This document shows positions 13,961-27,790 of a stretch of 64,000 nucleotides of DNA, one piece after another (position 1 is the stretch's first letter; the number at the start of each line of letters is the position of its first letter). The stretch spans positions 13,950,001-14,014,000 of the forward strand of contig NC_087262.1 of assembly GCF_037042905.1 (NCBI RefSeq), written 5' to 3'. The notes under the pieces are model-generated. The model worked only from the letters and a program-made list of their open reading frames with translations. It made no database searches and was not told the DNA's origin. Position numbers and translations under genes: made by a program. This DNA is from Lytechinus pictus. Lineage: Eukaryota.

Positions 13961-13992
<32 letters not shown>

Positions 13993-14090
13993 TGTAAAGA
14001 ATGGATGAAGAGAACAAAGGTAGGCGTAGCTTAAATCAAGGTTCCCCAGAGCTATCTACCCTTTGGAAAAATTGGTGATGCCGAAAAAAA

Positions 14091-14162
14091 TGTCTCTGCC
14101 GGGAATCGAACCCGGGCCCCCAGCTTTGAACGCCGGTGCCTTAACCACTAGACCACAGAGAC
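14091..14162 (-). tRNA. tRNA-like gene with UCA anticodon (opal-suppressor-like; possibly repeat-borne or a pseudogene)
   Basis: Full cloverleaf: GTCTCTG/CAGAGAC acceptor, GTCT/AGGC D stem, CCGGC-GTTCAAA-GCTGG anticodon arm, CCGGG-TTCGATT-CCCGG T arm. A and B boxes present, followed by T7. Confidence 0.6.
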
Positions 14163-14409
14163 GGGTTAGTGGCTAGGGCGACCCCGATCCGATTGACCGT
14201 CAGATAGACAGATTTTCGACACCATGCCAATTATAATTTCCTTTGTCGGGTGAAGGTGGGTTTTGAACAATGACAAGCCGCCATGCCTCAGCTGGATCAA
14301 AGCTATTGCTTCGATACAGTACACGTATGGGAGAATACATACAACTTTACACATACATATATATATATATATATATGTATTTTAGAATGATATCTGATAG
14401 ACTTAATGT

Positions 14410-15850
14410 AATAAAGTAAAAGATGACCACCTTTTTATGAATTTCTTTTCTTTCAGATTTGTTGTATATATATACTTTTCCATACCATAATAAGATTTTA
14501 TTTCAGACAAAATATGGTCGAAAACTGGAAGACAGTGTTTGCATTTTGCTGCAAAAATTTCTTTTCTAACGATTATAAAAATATAATTAAGAGCACCATT
14601 GTTGTTTCCGTAAAAACCGAATAGTTAATTCTGGTTTGAAATTTTGATATTCAAATTGTTACGAGAAAACCAAATTTCGAGTTGAGACCATATTTCGTTT
14701 GTGTGGGCACAAGAACAAAAAATATGCATAATAGTTTCTTCATAATTATAACAAAAGGTACATAAGTTATATGTAACCAATTTAAATCGTAACAAAGCAT
14801 CTTTCATATAAATAATTCTATTCACTATTTTGAACTGAAACCATCTCATGTTGACATCTGCAGTTGAATAAAAAGGTATTTGATAGTAGAACCTCCATAT
14901 CGTGTTGTCAAAGTCAAACGTCTGTTTCCATTTGATGAGACTTTTACAATCTTTCAACTTATACTTCAAAAAAATATTGTAAATGTGAGCACAACCTTTT
15001 TTTACTTTAATTATCAAAAATAGTGCTTCTGGAATAATAGGTTCCATAGCTTTTGGTATTACATGTTTATTGAAACCATATCGAATGGCGCTGCACAGGC
15101 CATAATATTGAAGAAAATTGACGTGTACATTGTATTTGCGTTGAAAATCAAAATATGAGAGAAATTTTCCATCTGTTCCCAAAATATCATTAACAAAACG
15201 CACCCCATTAGCACACCAAGACCTGAAAAATATTACATTATTATTCATTTTAATTTTTGGATTATTCCAAAGGGCTTGACAGGCAACGTCATCAACAATA
15301 AGGCGGGAAAGATCTGAAAAGGCCAACAATACCTGTGCCCAAAATGGGTTATTCATTGATATAGCAAGTGATTTATAATGCTCAGCCCCCATGAATAATT
15401 GAAAAGATGTATATGCTGCAGGCAAAAATGATTGAAACATGTGAAAAGTAAAATTTTCAGGACAAGAAATGAACCTTCTTATCCATGAAATTTTTAATGA
15501 TTTGGAATGGATAAAAACATCAGTCATCCTAACACCACCCTCACTATACGGTTGACACATTTGTTTCCTACTTATTTTATCAGGTTTGCCTTCCCATATA
15601 AAGTCGTAAAAACATCGGTGAATATCATTCATAATTTCTACTTTTGGTTCTGGAAAAGATAAAAACAAGTAATTCAATTTCGGTATAAATATAGATTTAA
15701 CAATGGTTACCCTCCCTAAGGGAGTCAAAGATCTTTTTCGCCATACCGCCATCTGACGTTTTATTTCTTTAAACTTTTCTTGATAATTGTAATCGACCAT
15801 TTTTGATAGTTCAACTGGAAAGTCTATACCTAGGTACCTAATTTTTACAA
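14410..15850 (-). mobile_element. 5'-truncated L1/Tx1-clade LINE, ORF2 C-terminal region (post-RT and zinc-binding CCHC)
   Basis: YLGI, LTPLGRVTIVKS, FIWEGK, EGG, LWNN, WFQFKI and CTFC..ETIMHIFCSC motifs. One in-frame TAA at 14625, after which the reading frame continues to KRW. Confidence 0.9.
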
Positions 15851-17989
15851 TATTATAAATTATAAGCGTAATAACAATAATGCGTCGATATATATTTTCA
15901 TAATTTGTATACATTTCGGATTTTTTTTCGCGTCATTGAATAATGAAACAACATACAATTTAGGAATGCCAAAACTTTCTTTAATCAGGTTTTGATGATG
16001 TAATAAAACAAAATCAAAGTATTTATTTCTTACTAAACATGCTAAAGATGAAGTAGATCCATGCGTTGCCTTAACATCACGTTAATTACTTTATTTTATG
16101 GTTTCTTGTAACCATTTATGTTTAAGGTCTACTGGTAAATGAATGTCACGTGTTTATAAAAAATAATGCGGTGTATGCGTCATTCTTGTCATTTAAATAT
16201 CTGCTTTTTTAATAATTGCTGATCATATGCATAAAGGGGAAAGGGCTGACGTATACAGCTTTATAATTAAACAAATCTATCAATATTCATTGTTACATCA
16301 CTCATTTATTGTAAAACCAATTAAATGAAATGAAACTTTAAATTTTGATGAGGAAATGTGATCAGTGATCGGCGAAATTGCAACTAGGTGACGCGTGACG
16401 TGTCTTGAAAAATCTCTTCAAATTTGCTCTGATCATGAAATGTTTATCAACTTTTCCTTTTCCCCGATTTTGATGAGGGGATAAATACATTCCGTTGTTG
16501 TTTTACCCCCTCTAGTGGTGAGGGATGTAACATGTTCTTGATTACAAATATGTTGATCAGGGGAGTGTTTCATCAACATTTTCATCCGACAAGTTGTCAT
16601 CTTTCTCTGATGTTGATTGGCTGAGAGGTACTGTTACTATGGTAACTGTCGGATAAAGTGGGACTTGTCGGATAAAACGTCCGACAAGTCCTTTCATGAA
16701 ACGCCCCCCATAGAGAACACAATGTTTCTTTAAATATTGGAGAAGCACCATAAAACATACACCATGAAACAACATAAACAAGAAAAATACTTTTTTTGTT
16801 TGCTTTATTCGAATAAATCAGCATTCCGGTTGCTCTCTCACATTCTGAAAAACTTATTGGGCAAAGTTGGTGCATGACATAACTGGAATGCATTTAATAT
16901 TCGTTTCTTTGACTCACACGATTTTTAATACGAGTGTGATGAATAATACGATTTGAGAGCGAGTGGAGTGAGCCAGATATACTCTACTATTAGTACAATC
17001 AGACAATGGGGTAATAAAATATGAGAGGATGTTGATAAGGTACACGATTTAATTTTCACATAACGGTTTTTCCACCTTTGACAGGAAGTAACATACATCC
17101 CATTACCAGTTGACAATTTCATTATGTTTAACGATGACTTGCAGTCATTCGATATTTATATACTACATGCAGCATAAAGTGAAAGTTGATTGATAAAACA
17201 TGGAGCCCTCTTGAAAGTGGTGTAACACAAACATCAAACTGTTGCCAACTGATGCCAACTTGACGAAACACCAACGAATCCGACTCTAAAGTTTCACCCA
17301 TTCAAATACTCGGGCACATTAAGGGATGACGCTGGATCTGGTTCTGCTAATGGCACCGAATTCGTATTAGTCGGTCTGATGGGTCCAGTGGCACAAAAGT
17401 TAGCGATTAATCTTACGCTTGATTTTCACGATTTGTTGCTCACTGTAGTCAATGTAATCAATCGTAAATAATTGTTGTACGATGATTACTTAGCTTTGTG
17501 TTACGGGGGGGGGGGGTGTTACTTGCCCCACTTGAGTCTGCTTTGCCGGTGTGACTTTACCATAAAACTCTCTTGATAAATGACGTAATATATATCAAGT
17601 ATCAAATGATGCAGGCCTACAAGGGTATGACAATGAATTAACTTTATAGAGCGTGGACGTTAGGGGAAGGGGGCAAGGGGCATATGCACATAACTCCGGA
17701 AAGTTTCAGAGGGCGGGTAAGGTTGTTGTTGTTTTTTTTCGAAGGAACATTTTGGTGGATGCATGAAGGGTCCACTGGAGTCAGAATATGGTAGGCATGG
17801 AATTTTCAGTCGGAATTCGCGTTCTTTGGTCTGAGCTGCTTGACTAAGAAGGAATTTGAGCCCCTTCCCATTAGAGATACTGATAAAAGGCATTTATATA
17901 GCGTCATGATCTAGAAAATTAATATTCGATTCCGAGGCACATTTTCATTATCATTCCAACGAACTGTTGTTTCAGCTGTTCATTGCTAA

Positions 17990-18142
17990 GCATAATCCCA
18001 CCAGGTACCCTTTCACCTCACCTGGGTTGAGGGCAGCACATTGTACATCAAACCCTTGCGGAAGACAATTACACCATGGCAAGGATTTGAACCCACGGCC
18101 CTCCATTCAAAGTCCGGAGACTAATCCACTTGGCCACAACGC
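17990..18142 (-). mobile_element. tRNA-derived SINE, same family as 40105-40373
   Basis: cacctcacctgggttgag...gaacccac...ctaatccacttggccacaacgc. Confidence 0.75.
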
Positions 18143-19134
18143 GACAATGCTGCTGTTACATCTGCATTTAAAATCGACTCCAGAGCAACGACAACTGTTT
18201 TGTTATTTTCAATGACATATCATCAGTCGGTTTGGAATCGGTTTCGTTGGTGTGAACACGACATCTTTTCTCATTCCCATCGTACGGAAGATTTAAAATG
18301 CCCGACTTGACAAGATGACGATATATTTTGTCTTGTCAATTCATGAAGATATAAGATTTCTCGCCATCTCGTCAAGTCGATGGCACTTTAAAGTTTCCGC
18401 ACTATCATTGTTCTCGTTGTATGCTTATAAAATATTATTTTACCCAATGATAAATTCCCGCGTGAGCAGAATTTCCGGTCATGAGGTCATAAACTACGAT
18501 GTTTTTTTAAAAAGTTCTGGCAGTGATACCTGATAATTGATCAATTAAGAAACTATAACAAAATATACTATGAAATGAGTTATACAATTTATAATTAGTG
18601 GCTTAATGAGGAGAATTTTGAGGGGCCAAAACATGGCATTATGTGCAAAAAATGACTGTTTTTTAATAAGAAATACAATTTTGTCTGAGAATATTCAGAA
18701 AATAATATCATATTTTACCCTCCCCTTTCCCTTACTCCTTATTTTCTTCTTCTATTTTCTTAATTCTTTGTCGTTAAACTTTTGGAGTTCAGTGCATTAA
18801 GCCCACCCCCCCCCCCTCTCCCATCTTTTCGCCAGTGAATATAAGGACATAGGTCCATTGTCATGTGCTTGTTCTGTCTGTAGGCCAACCTATTTTCGAT
18901 GCACTGCAGGCCAGTAAAAACTTCATTATTACCATGATTTCTCACAACCTTTTTGTATTCCCCCATGTTATAGAATTTTCTTGTAATTTTTCCTGGTTTT
19001 TATATACACATTTGTTTCTAAAACTTCTTTCCCCATGTTCTGTTTGCTTTCGTATTCACTTTTCACCATGACTTTTATCTTGTTATACATCAACTAATTA
19101 TTTTGTCTAGAGGAGAACCTAAATTCTTGTTCTG

Positions 19135-19340
19135 TTGGTTCTAATAACAATATTGATAATACTACTACTACTACTACTACTTTTAATACTAATAATAATG
19201 ATAATAGTAATAACAACAACAATGATAATAATGATAATAATAATAGTAATAATGACAATGATACTATTGATTATAATAACAATGATATTAATCGTAATAA
19301 TAATGATAATAACAATAACAATAATAATGACAATAAACAT
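19135..19340. repeat. (ATA/ACA/CTA)n trinucleotide microsatellite
   Basis: Direct inspection; explains the poly-Ile ORFs. Confidence 0.9.
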
Positions 19341-20546
19341 TGCTTATATAGCTTATAACACGGTGATATCATCATGTAATTATCACTGTCTTTGTTTTGT
19401 GTTTAAGGTTGATCTCGTTGTGCACATGGTTTCTTGCATGTAAAGATATACATAATAATTGCAATGCTCTATGTAATGTTTGAAGGGGGAAATTACATAT
19501 CAGATCCTATGTTATCTAGGTATAGGAAGCGCTTCATAACGCGTCGTTGTCAGTGACTTTCATTGACAAAGTTGCTCTCAGCCAATCAGAAACGAGAGTT
19601 TCAGTAACTTATTACAATTGTCAATGGCAAATCGCTTCATGAAACGTACGCTCATAGGAAACCGCGAAGTCAAAATGGCGCCCAGCATCCGGATACCAGA
19701 CATATCAGTTATTTGTTATTACCAACTAGCATTAACCTATACCAGTATTTTTTTTTCGGGGGGGGGGGGGGGCTGAGGTGCCCCTTAAAAATAGATCGAT
19801 CGTTTCTAGAATCATCATCATTGTTTTGTTTTGGGGTTGCTTTATTGTATAGACCAAGAAATAGATCAACAGCTACAAGAATGATAGCAATTGATAACAA
19901 TTTTGCCGGATTTAAGAGAATTTCAAAAGATAGGCCAATTAATCGCATCTCACTAAGTATTTCGCAGAACAGTTTTGAACGATTGTCTTGAGTTGAATTT
20001 CATCCAGATGATTCCCCGATGTTCTCCCAATTTTTTCTTCAGTATTTAGGCTCTGATGCTTTTTTCCGTGTCATCCCTGACTTCCAAACCAGTGATACAG
20101 ATTTATTAGAAGGCCCAAAAGAGTATACCAGACAAAAAACCCTCTCGGGAAGACAGATGGATTGCGAATGTACATGACTACTAATCTTAGAGGGAGGTAC
20201 ATGAGATATGGCTTTTCCTTCTGTCTCTATATTTCTTTCTCCTTTGCCTATTGGTGTAGCGTTTTCACATTTCATTGGCTTCTAGAATGCCAAAATAAGA
20301 CAATCCCCGATATGCGAGAGAATAGAGAACTATTTTACTGCAAAAATTGTGTAGGCCTACATAGAGGACAACGCTGACATTTTACTCCTTTGTTAAATTT
20401 ACAGTGTTCGTTCAACACCCATGAGTGTTACTTTAGCACTCTTGGTGTTACGTTCAATCTCTAGGGTGTAAAGTTAACAACTCAGAGTGTGGTCCTCGAG
20501 AAACACCAAATGGTGTCAGTTTAAGCACCGAAGCTTTTACAGCATA

Positions 20547-20839
20547 TCAGGTTAATAATCCACATGTAATGCCGGCGACCAATTTCAGCAGGGCGACTAG
20601 AATAATCTCTACCAAACCCGGGGTCGATGCTGCCTTCAGGAACTGCCGAAGCGTATCAAGCTGTGCCTTGCTCAGTTGTACCGGCTCCTTCGCCAGCTGA
20701 CCTCCTATCAGAACAAGCGATGCACACTGATATGTTGTAGGCTGTGTGTACAGGAAGGACGCCATCTTGGTAGAAAGTTTGTCCGAAGTGAGGTCATCTT
20801 CTGAAAAGTCGTGGGCGATGACGCCGACTTTGCTCTTAC
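20547..20839 (-). CDS. Array gene copy 1, coding exon 3 (GKSKVGVIAHDF...AGITCGLLT*); spliced product 197 aa with hydrophobic C-terminal tail
   Basis: ttttcatttacag|GT acceptor completes the Gly codon. 21+280+293=594 nt, in frame to TGA. Confidence 0.85.
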
Positions 20840-22814
20840 CTGTAAATGAAAACAAAATATAGAGATATTCTTATCAATCACTAGCAAATCGTCAATTTTC
20901 CTTCTGTTTTCTTCCTCTATACCCTACCTCAAGGCCAAACACTCTGGGTCAAATGAAGAGAATGAAAGGTCAAGTCCAATTTCTACCAAGAAGCCATTCA
21001 AACTGGCCCTTGCTGACAAGGTTCGACAGGCAGGCAGGGACCACCGGGCCTTGATGTCACGACCCAACACCAAGTTGAATTGTCAATCGAACATGATGCA
21101 TGGTGAGTTGGAGATAAATATTTGCAGGTACATAGGTGATCTTCCTTTCAGAGTATTATGGAAAAATAGCTGAACACCTATTAAGGGCGAAGTAAAACAA
21201 TTTGAGATCAATTTAACCCCAAATCGACTTAAAGGTGACATATCTTGTCCCAGTTAAATTTAAAAAATATATAGACTCACACCTCTCTTTCCGATATTCT
21301 TTAAAAACAAAACATGGGGGGACACCCACTGCCCCCTGTAACGCCGATAATGACGTAATTTGGTAATCACATGCAGTGGTTACCTCATAAACCGGATATT
21401 GGACCATGCAGACAGAACAAGAATTTTAGTTTCAACGCCATTAAATATTCTGACAAAGGAAACATACACTGTACCAAAGAATTAACTGAAATCAAATTTG
21501 TTACTTGTCCTTGTCCTTTCATATTTTATTGCAAAGTTATTTTGGACATTTCTCATGGTAAGCAGGACTAACAATATGAGCATAGTGACTGACTTGGCAA
21601 CTAGTGTAGCCCTGTACTCCGTAATACTCTTTTTATAGCTAAAATAATTGCAGCTCACTGTAGTTTCTGTGTAATTTATCTTCAATATTTGTTATGAAAT
21701 ATCATTGAATTGTCTTTGTTATTTTGAATATGTGATGTTTCTTCGATTGTATTTTTTTGTTGAACGGAAATGAATAAAATCTAAATCTAAATGTATGACA
21801 TTATGCAAGTACGTCGAGGTGCACACGTTTACATCCCCCACGTCCGCTGTAAGAAGTAGGTCGGGGTCGAGCTGAAAGGGGCATGCATGTGGTGACCCAA
21901 CATTGTTATTTTCAGTTAATTTAAATTAATGGGAGATGAGGAGGGAAAGAGATTATATATTACTACATCTTATTTTTATGGCTGATTGTCATTCAATCGT
22001 AGTAAAAGTAACATTGCTTCTCAGCCAATAAAAATCCCCGGTGAATTATCATGGTGGGTGAATTGCGTAGTGCCAATGTTGGTTACCATAAAGGCGGTGA
22101 TATAACGGACATTTTTGTTTAAAATGGGGAAAACAAGAAAAAGGGGAGTAAAATAAAATATAACAAAGAAGATTACAAATATAGTGCCCCGAGTTGTGAC
22201 AATCTGTATTACCCCTGTTAATAGATTTAGAAGAAGTCGTTTTCATCACAACAAAACAATAGTGAACCATACAGTTATTTACCTCCGGTGTTAAATTTGT
22301 GATATAACATCAATGGTGTTATCACAACACCCTTTATATTTGCTTCAAATCTCTTCGGTGTTATGATCAAAATCTAGGATTTCAACACAATAAAGGGTGT
22401 GGTCCTCTAGGGACGGCAACTAAGTGTCAATTGTACACCCAAGTGTTTAGGTTGATTCCCACTTTAAAATATTTTGGCGTCGCCACTGGTTTCCACCATC
22501 CAGTGATATAATGAACCAAAACATTTGAGGTGACGAGATTTGGCGTATCGGGCAAAATTAATTTTTTGAAATTCGAGTGAGCGAAGTGAGCGAGCAAACA
22601 TTTCTTCAAGTTTTCATTACAAAAAGAAAACAATTTTGTCACAGATCTTGAGATAATATTCTGAAAATATTGTCATATTTCACTCTTCTGTATTTCCTTT
22701 TCTTATTATTATTTATTTATTTATTATTATTATTATTTTTTTTTTTTTGGGGGGGGGGGGGCAAGCGCCCCCATCTGTACGCCACTCCAGTATCAATTAG
22801 ATGAAGATACTAAC

Positions 22815-23094
22815 CCAGGTGATTCTTAGCTCTTTTCAAGAAGCCATCGTAGAGAGAATCCGTGACATTGGTGATCGAAAATCGCCTGTTGTCGATGGAA
22901 TGACACAAGATCATAACATCAATCCCATCGAAATCAAACTTGTCAAGGTCACTGACGTTGTAGGGAAGCGACTCGTATCTCACATTCTCAACCAGGTCGC
23001 GCATTTCTCTGTTTATCTGTTGCTTCAGACCTTCAACATTTCGAGGCAGGCTACCACTGCATATGGCAACGCCCACTTTCTTTGTTGCTGGCGC
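22815..23094 (-). CDS. Array gene copy 1, coding exon 2 (APATKKVGVAICS...KRAKNHL-G); uncharacterised alpha/beta (TIR/SEFIR-like?) protein
   Basis: ORF 22810-23112 is paralogous to four other exons. Pyrimidine tract + aag acceptor; G|gttagt donor, phase 1. Confidence 0.85.
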
Positions 23095-23383
23095 CTTGTA
23101 AATCGAAGTCACATCGTGAAATGAAAAAAGGATAAAAAAAATTATATTAAAATTATAAATTCAAATATAGAAGAGGTAACAATAACAAAAATATATATCT
23201 CCCCGGCTTTCTTCTTCTTCTTCTTTTCCCTTCCCCTTTCTTTCTTTTTTCTTTTTTCTTTCTTTTTTTTTCTCTCTTTTTCTCTCTCTTTTCTTTTGTA
23301 CTGTTGCGCTTCGCGTCTTACCTCTTAGCGCGTTGTTTTTTACGCTTTGCGTTTTGCGCACTGCGTTTCTTGGTGCTGTTGAC

Positions 23384-24992
23384 CAACGAACGTAGAGGGC
23401 AGCAACACTTTGCAGTATTGCTTTTAGGAAGGTCCACTCCGCTCAGATTTTGTGACCATTTTCTCCCAGAGCACTTTTTTGGAAGATTGTAGAGTTGATT
23501 TTTTTTCGTTTGTTCAATTTTACTATTTATTATTGAAAATAAGACCTCCAAGAAAATATGTTAAATAATATTATTTTAGCATATTTGTATTTTTTAAAAA
23601 TTTTAAAACAAAAGGTAATCATGATTTTTGTAGTTTACATGGCAATAAAAATACATAGACTGATGACATTTGTGTTACCGTTCTTCTGCTTAATTTCGCT
23701 GCCCCTACCAACTCTACACAAGCTAACGCCAGAGCCAAGACCGTGATGTTCTGGTCTGGCCGCGCCGAAACTTCCCCGGTCACCTGTACCTCGGTGCGCG
23801 TACTGCGCTGCGTGAATGATAATGCTGACTGCACTGCACTGGCATGATAATCTCGACGCGACTCGACTTAGCTAGATATGGACTTGAAAGATATAGACTT
23901 GGTCTGTCATTGATGTGGCACTATGGCGGATGAGCAACGATAAATATTCAAGGTTAGAATTTTAATTTTCACTTAGAGTGTAGATTGTAGTCTGAAAATC
24001 TAAAATAATTATGCTATATCCACAAATCCAACCCACATTTTGCAATCCATCAGGCAAGATCGAATACGACCACTAAACAGCAAAGCCAAGTCCCAGACCC
24101 AGTCTAACGTTAGACATAATATTAGACAGCAATTATCTGGTTCATTATCGAGCTATGTATATTCCGACGGGTCTTGACTTGAGACGAACTATCAAGGGGC
24201 GAAGGTCTATGTCACATCTACTTTTTTCATTTCATAATTTTACAAAAATTTGTGTTAGCATATGCATGCAGCCCACCGTACCCTACCTCAGCACCGACCG
24301 GCCCGGGGCGCCGGCGCGGTCATGTCAGCCATGGCGCTTGTATAAGAGGCGGTGCTGGATTGTGTAGGCGCATTATGGTGCAGCGAAATTTAGATGAAGA
24401 CGTATCAACCTCACGTATACTTGTTATCATATTGATATGCAAAGTCATAAAACTGTTGTCACCACCATGTAATATTTTATGAAAAATACAGGAATAAGTA
24501 TTTCATATTTTTAAGCATGATATTTAATGTAAAAACATTTCAAGCAAAAATAATGATAAAGAGGAAATGAAAATAAATCAACTCTACAATTTACTAAAAA
24601 AGTGCTCTGAGAGGTTTTCGGTGGTCACAAAATGACTTGGCTAAATCCGGGTGAAATTAGCAGACTGGTTTATTTATGACAGAATTTAATCCTGTTTTAC
24701 TGAAGATGTACAAACAAATTGTGACAATAATTTAGTGATATATTATTTTAAGAATTTGGTACATTATTATTTAATTTTTTATATATTTTTTTGTTTTCAT
24801 TGTTTTAATCTACTATTGTCATAATCTATTAGTTTACCAATATTTTGCTGTCACTCCGTGAGTGTATTGTATCGGATCATGGTTTCGTTGGCATGACTAC
24901 CAAATTGCTCGCGCACTTCATTTGTATGCGCGTATCGAGTGGACCTTCCTAATAGCAACACGCTTGTGTGTTGCTGCCCTCTACGTTCGTTG
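23384..24992. mobile_element. 1.6-kb non-autonomous DNA transposon (hAT or P superfamily-like) in intron 1 of copy 1
   Basis: TIR caacgaacgtagagggcagcaacac...aggaaggtccactc at both ends; perfect 8-bp TSD CTGTTGAC (23376-23383 and 24993-25000). Confidence 0.9.
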
Positions 24993-25122
24993 CTGTTGAC
25001 TAATAAATTCATCATTTCCTGATGAAACCCTATGGGCGAAAATTTGATCAACTTTTCTATCTACGGTTGTTTTATTCACCTTGTATTTTGCTTTTTATTA
25101 CCACAACCGACGCAGGACCTTC

Positions 25123-25160
<38 letters not shown>

Positions 25161-25512
25161 GAGCACCACCGCAGGATCTGAATGTCTATGAATTTGCAAG
25201 TTAATTAAAAAGATGTAGACAGGAAGAAAAGGGAAGAAAATGACTTCTGAATAATGCAATTCTAAAAACCCGATTACTCAAATGAGAGGGCAAAAAAAGG
25301 TCGCAATTATTAGATTGTTTTATTCCCCCCCCCCCCGTCGCCCCCATCCATGGATAATAGAGAATGCTTATCAAACGCATAATAACTGGTATATTGGCAT
25401 TAACTGAGGAAAAAATGATGGTAATGATGGTAATAGACATCATACAACAATAAGGGAACATAAAAAAAATCATGAATATAATAGACAAATGAGGGTATAA
25501 GAATATGTCTAC

Positions 25513-25533
25513 CTTTACACTAGAAGAATCCAT
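25513..25533 (-). CDS. Array gene copy 1, coding exon 1 (MDSSSVK)
   Basis: ATG GAT TCT TCT AGT GTA AAG|gtagac. Upstream flank (25560-25640) is homologous to the flank of exon 1 in copies 2/3. Phase 0 joins exon 2 in frame. Confidence 0.7.
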
Positions 25534-27498
25534 TACTATTGCAATGTTTCCCGCGGATAACTAATCTCCTCTAAATGGAAGGTTGATATTTTAATTCTTC
25601 AGTGTAGATCCGGAATCCACGGGGAATCCATGATCGCAGCTACATACTGCACTCGAAATGACAAGCCAAAATGATTGTTGAGGTTTCAGGTAAGTTGGAG
25701 ATCACGGCCTTTTGGGGTCGAGCATGTGGTGTCACGTGCAGTAAATGGATATCATCTACGGATGTCAGGGACCCGGAAAGCGGGAGTGCAGGGGTGCTGA
25801 AACACCCTACAAGATTTTCAGGGGGGTACTGCGTATAGGCAGCACCCCATGAAAACCAGGTTGATAAAAACCCCAAAACAAAAAGGGTTATTGTTCCCAA
25901 ATGAGGAAGATTTAGAAGCAAAAGCCTCATCCTTTTTGCTTGTCAAATTCTTTCCTTACCAAAATTCTCATCACCTTGGAGTGACTTTTTTTTTTGGGGG
26001 GGGGGGAGGGCGAGGGAGGGGAAGAGGCTTGTATTTTTTTTAATCAAACCCTTAGCATCCCCTATTAAAAAACCGTTCTCAGCCAAGTCCGTAGCCGGGG
26101 GGGGGGGGGTTCGATCGAACCCCCCGCGCCAAATTTCCAAAAGTAATAATAAAAAAGGGAGAGAAACAGTTTATCGGGAACGAAATTCCAACAATTTTTG
26201 ACCGATGACCTTTTTTCCTTGTCATTTTTCAACAAAAATAGAATTGACCCCCCCCCAAATTGAAAACCATGGCTACGGGGTTGCCATGGCTCTGAACGGT
26301 ATCAACATGTGGACGGGTTCACGTTCATATATAGTCTGTTAGCAGATGGTCTATTCTCAGATCGCTTGCCCACTGGTCAGTTTGGTGAAGTTACCGTTTG
26401 GCCTAACCATGATCACAGTCTTGGTCTATCGTTTAGTCTAATGCCCAGAATGATATATTTTCAACTTCTTTTACTTACTATTCTTGCGTTTTATAACATT
26501 TTGTTCACGAACAGCTCTTCTTAATATTCAGACCGCGCACGGAGATTTTGTGATACTTTGGTGTCTGTACTCGAAGAGATCTTTTCAGACTCCTATAAGC
26601 TCAGATATATATTTTTAAAAAAGAAGAAATTTGAAGGGACAAAATATAAATTATGTTGTGTTAAACCAAGTTGATATTAGACGCAATTAGTAGGCCTACT
26701 GCCTCACTGGAATTTAAACAAAGTGGTAAAATTGCCAATGGCAATTAAACCAAACCACTGGCTGCTATTATTTCAAGCTTTCAGCTTACGATAGCTGGCC
26801 TCTGCATTTAAATTTGTTTGTAATTGTTTATATGAATTATGTCTATATCTGCTAAACTGTTTGTCACCTTTGTAATTTGATCATTATGTATGTTTGATGT
26901 TATATCATTGTTATAAATTTGCAATTTTGATTTATCAATAAATGCAGAAATACCTGCTTAAAAAATAATAATATACGAACTGTTGTAAACGATAAGTTGG
27001 ATGAGAAAAAAAGTAAAAACAAAATGGCCCTGAATATATAATGTTTCTACGATCTTTACACCGATCCGATTCTTTATTTCATTTTCATCCAAACATAATA
27101 CAAAGTAAATAAATCAGATACAAATTAACGAATCAACTTCAAAAGGCAATTCCTCCTTTCTTTCCTTTTTGCCTGGCCCACCAGAGGTGAAGGCGAGACT
27201 AAAGGCCTGTTCTTTCTGGCCGATGGACGCAAAACGTATTCATAAATCTAGAACACAGCGACGAGCAAAATTACGGGGATGCTTCTCCATTCGTCTTCAT
27301 CCGCTCCAAAAATGGACAAAAATTAGCGAAAGATTTGCGAAAGCATAACGAAAAATAACGAATATTGGTAGTATTAAGCGGGAATGTTAAACGGATGTTC
27401 ATCGGAATCCTATTCCTAGTGGATGAAATATGATGGAAGTGGATGGCAACTCCGAAGGGGTTATCGGGTGTTTTTATATACGAGATGCATACGCTTAA

Positions 27499-27790
27499 AG
27501 GCCTGATCCCACTGCCCGTCCCACTGGCCGAAGGACACAAAGTGTATTCATAACGGATACAGCGGACAAGCAAAATTTCGGGGTGACTCTATCCGTTTTC
27601 ATCCACTCCAAACAATGGACAAAATGCGCGAACAATGAAATCACAGTCGACGGATGCTCAATGGATATAGAGGGTATGAAACACGTATGCAAAGAGTACA
27701 CAACGGATACATTACGTATTCCAACGGATGGCAAGATTCCTTTCCGTTTTACATCCTCTCTGCATCCGTAAGTGCAGTGGGACCAAGCCT
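27499..27790. mobile_element. PIF/Harbinger-like MITE nested among related fragments (27220-28265)
   Basis: TIR aggcctgatcccactgc / gcagtgggaccaagcct flanked by TAA/TTA. Confidence 0.65.

Noticed and set aside
19780-20370. Possible decayed Ulp1/PHD-like transposon coding remnant (FH...FYCKNC)
   Set aside because: Resemblance needs several frameshifts and stops; cannot be supported without a translated search.
22801-23124. Plus-strand ORFs antisense to family exons (also 32789, 43935, 53116, 61747)
   Set aside because: Shadow ORFs of the real minus-strand exons; no independent splice or start support.
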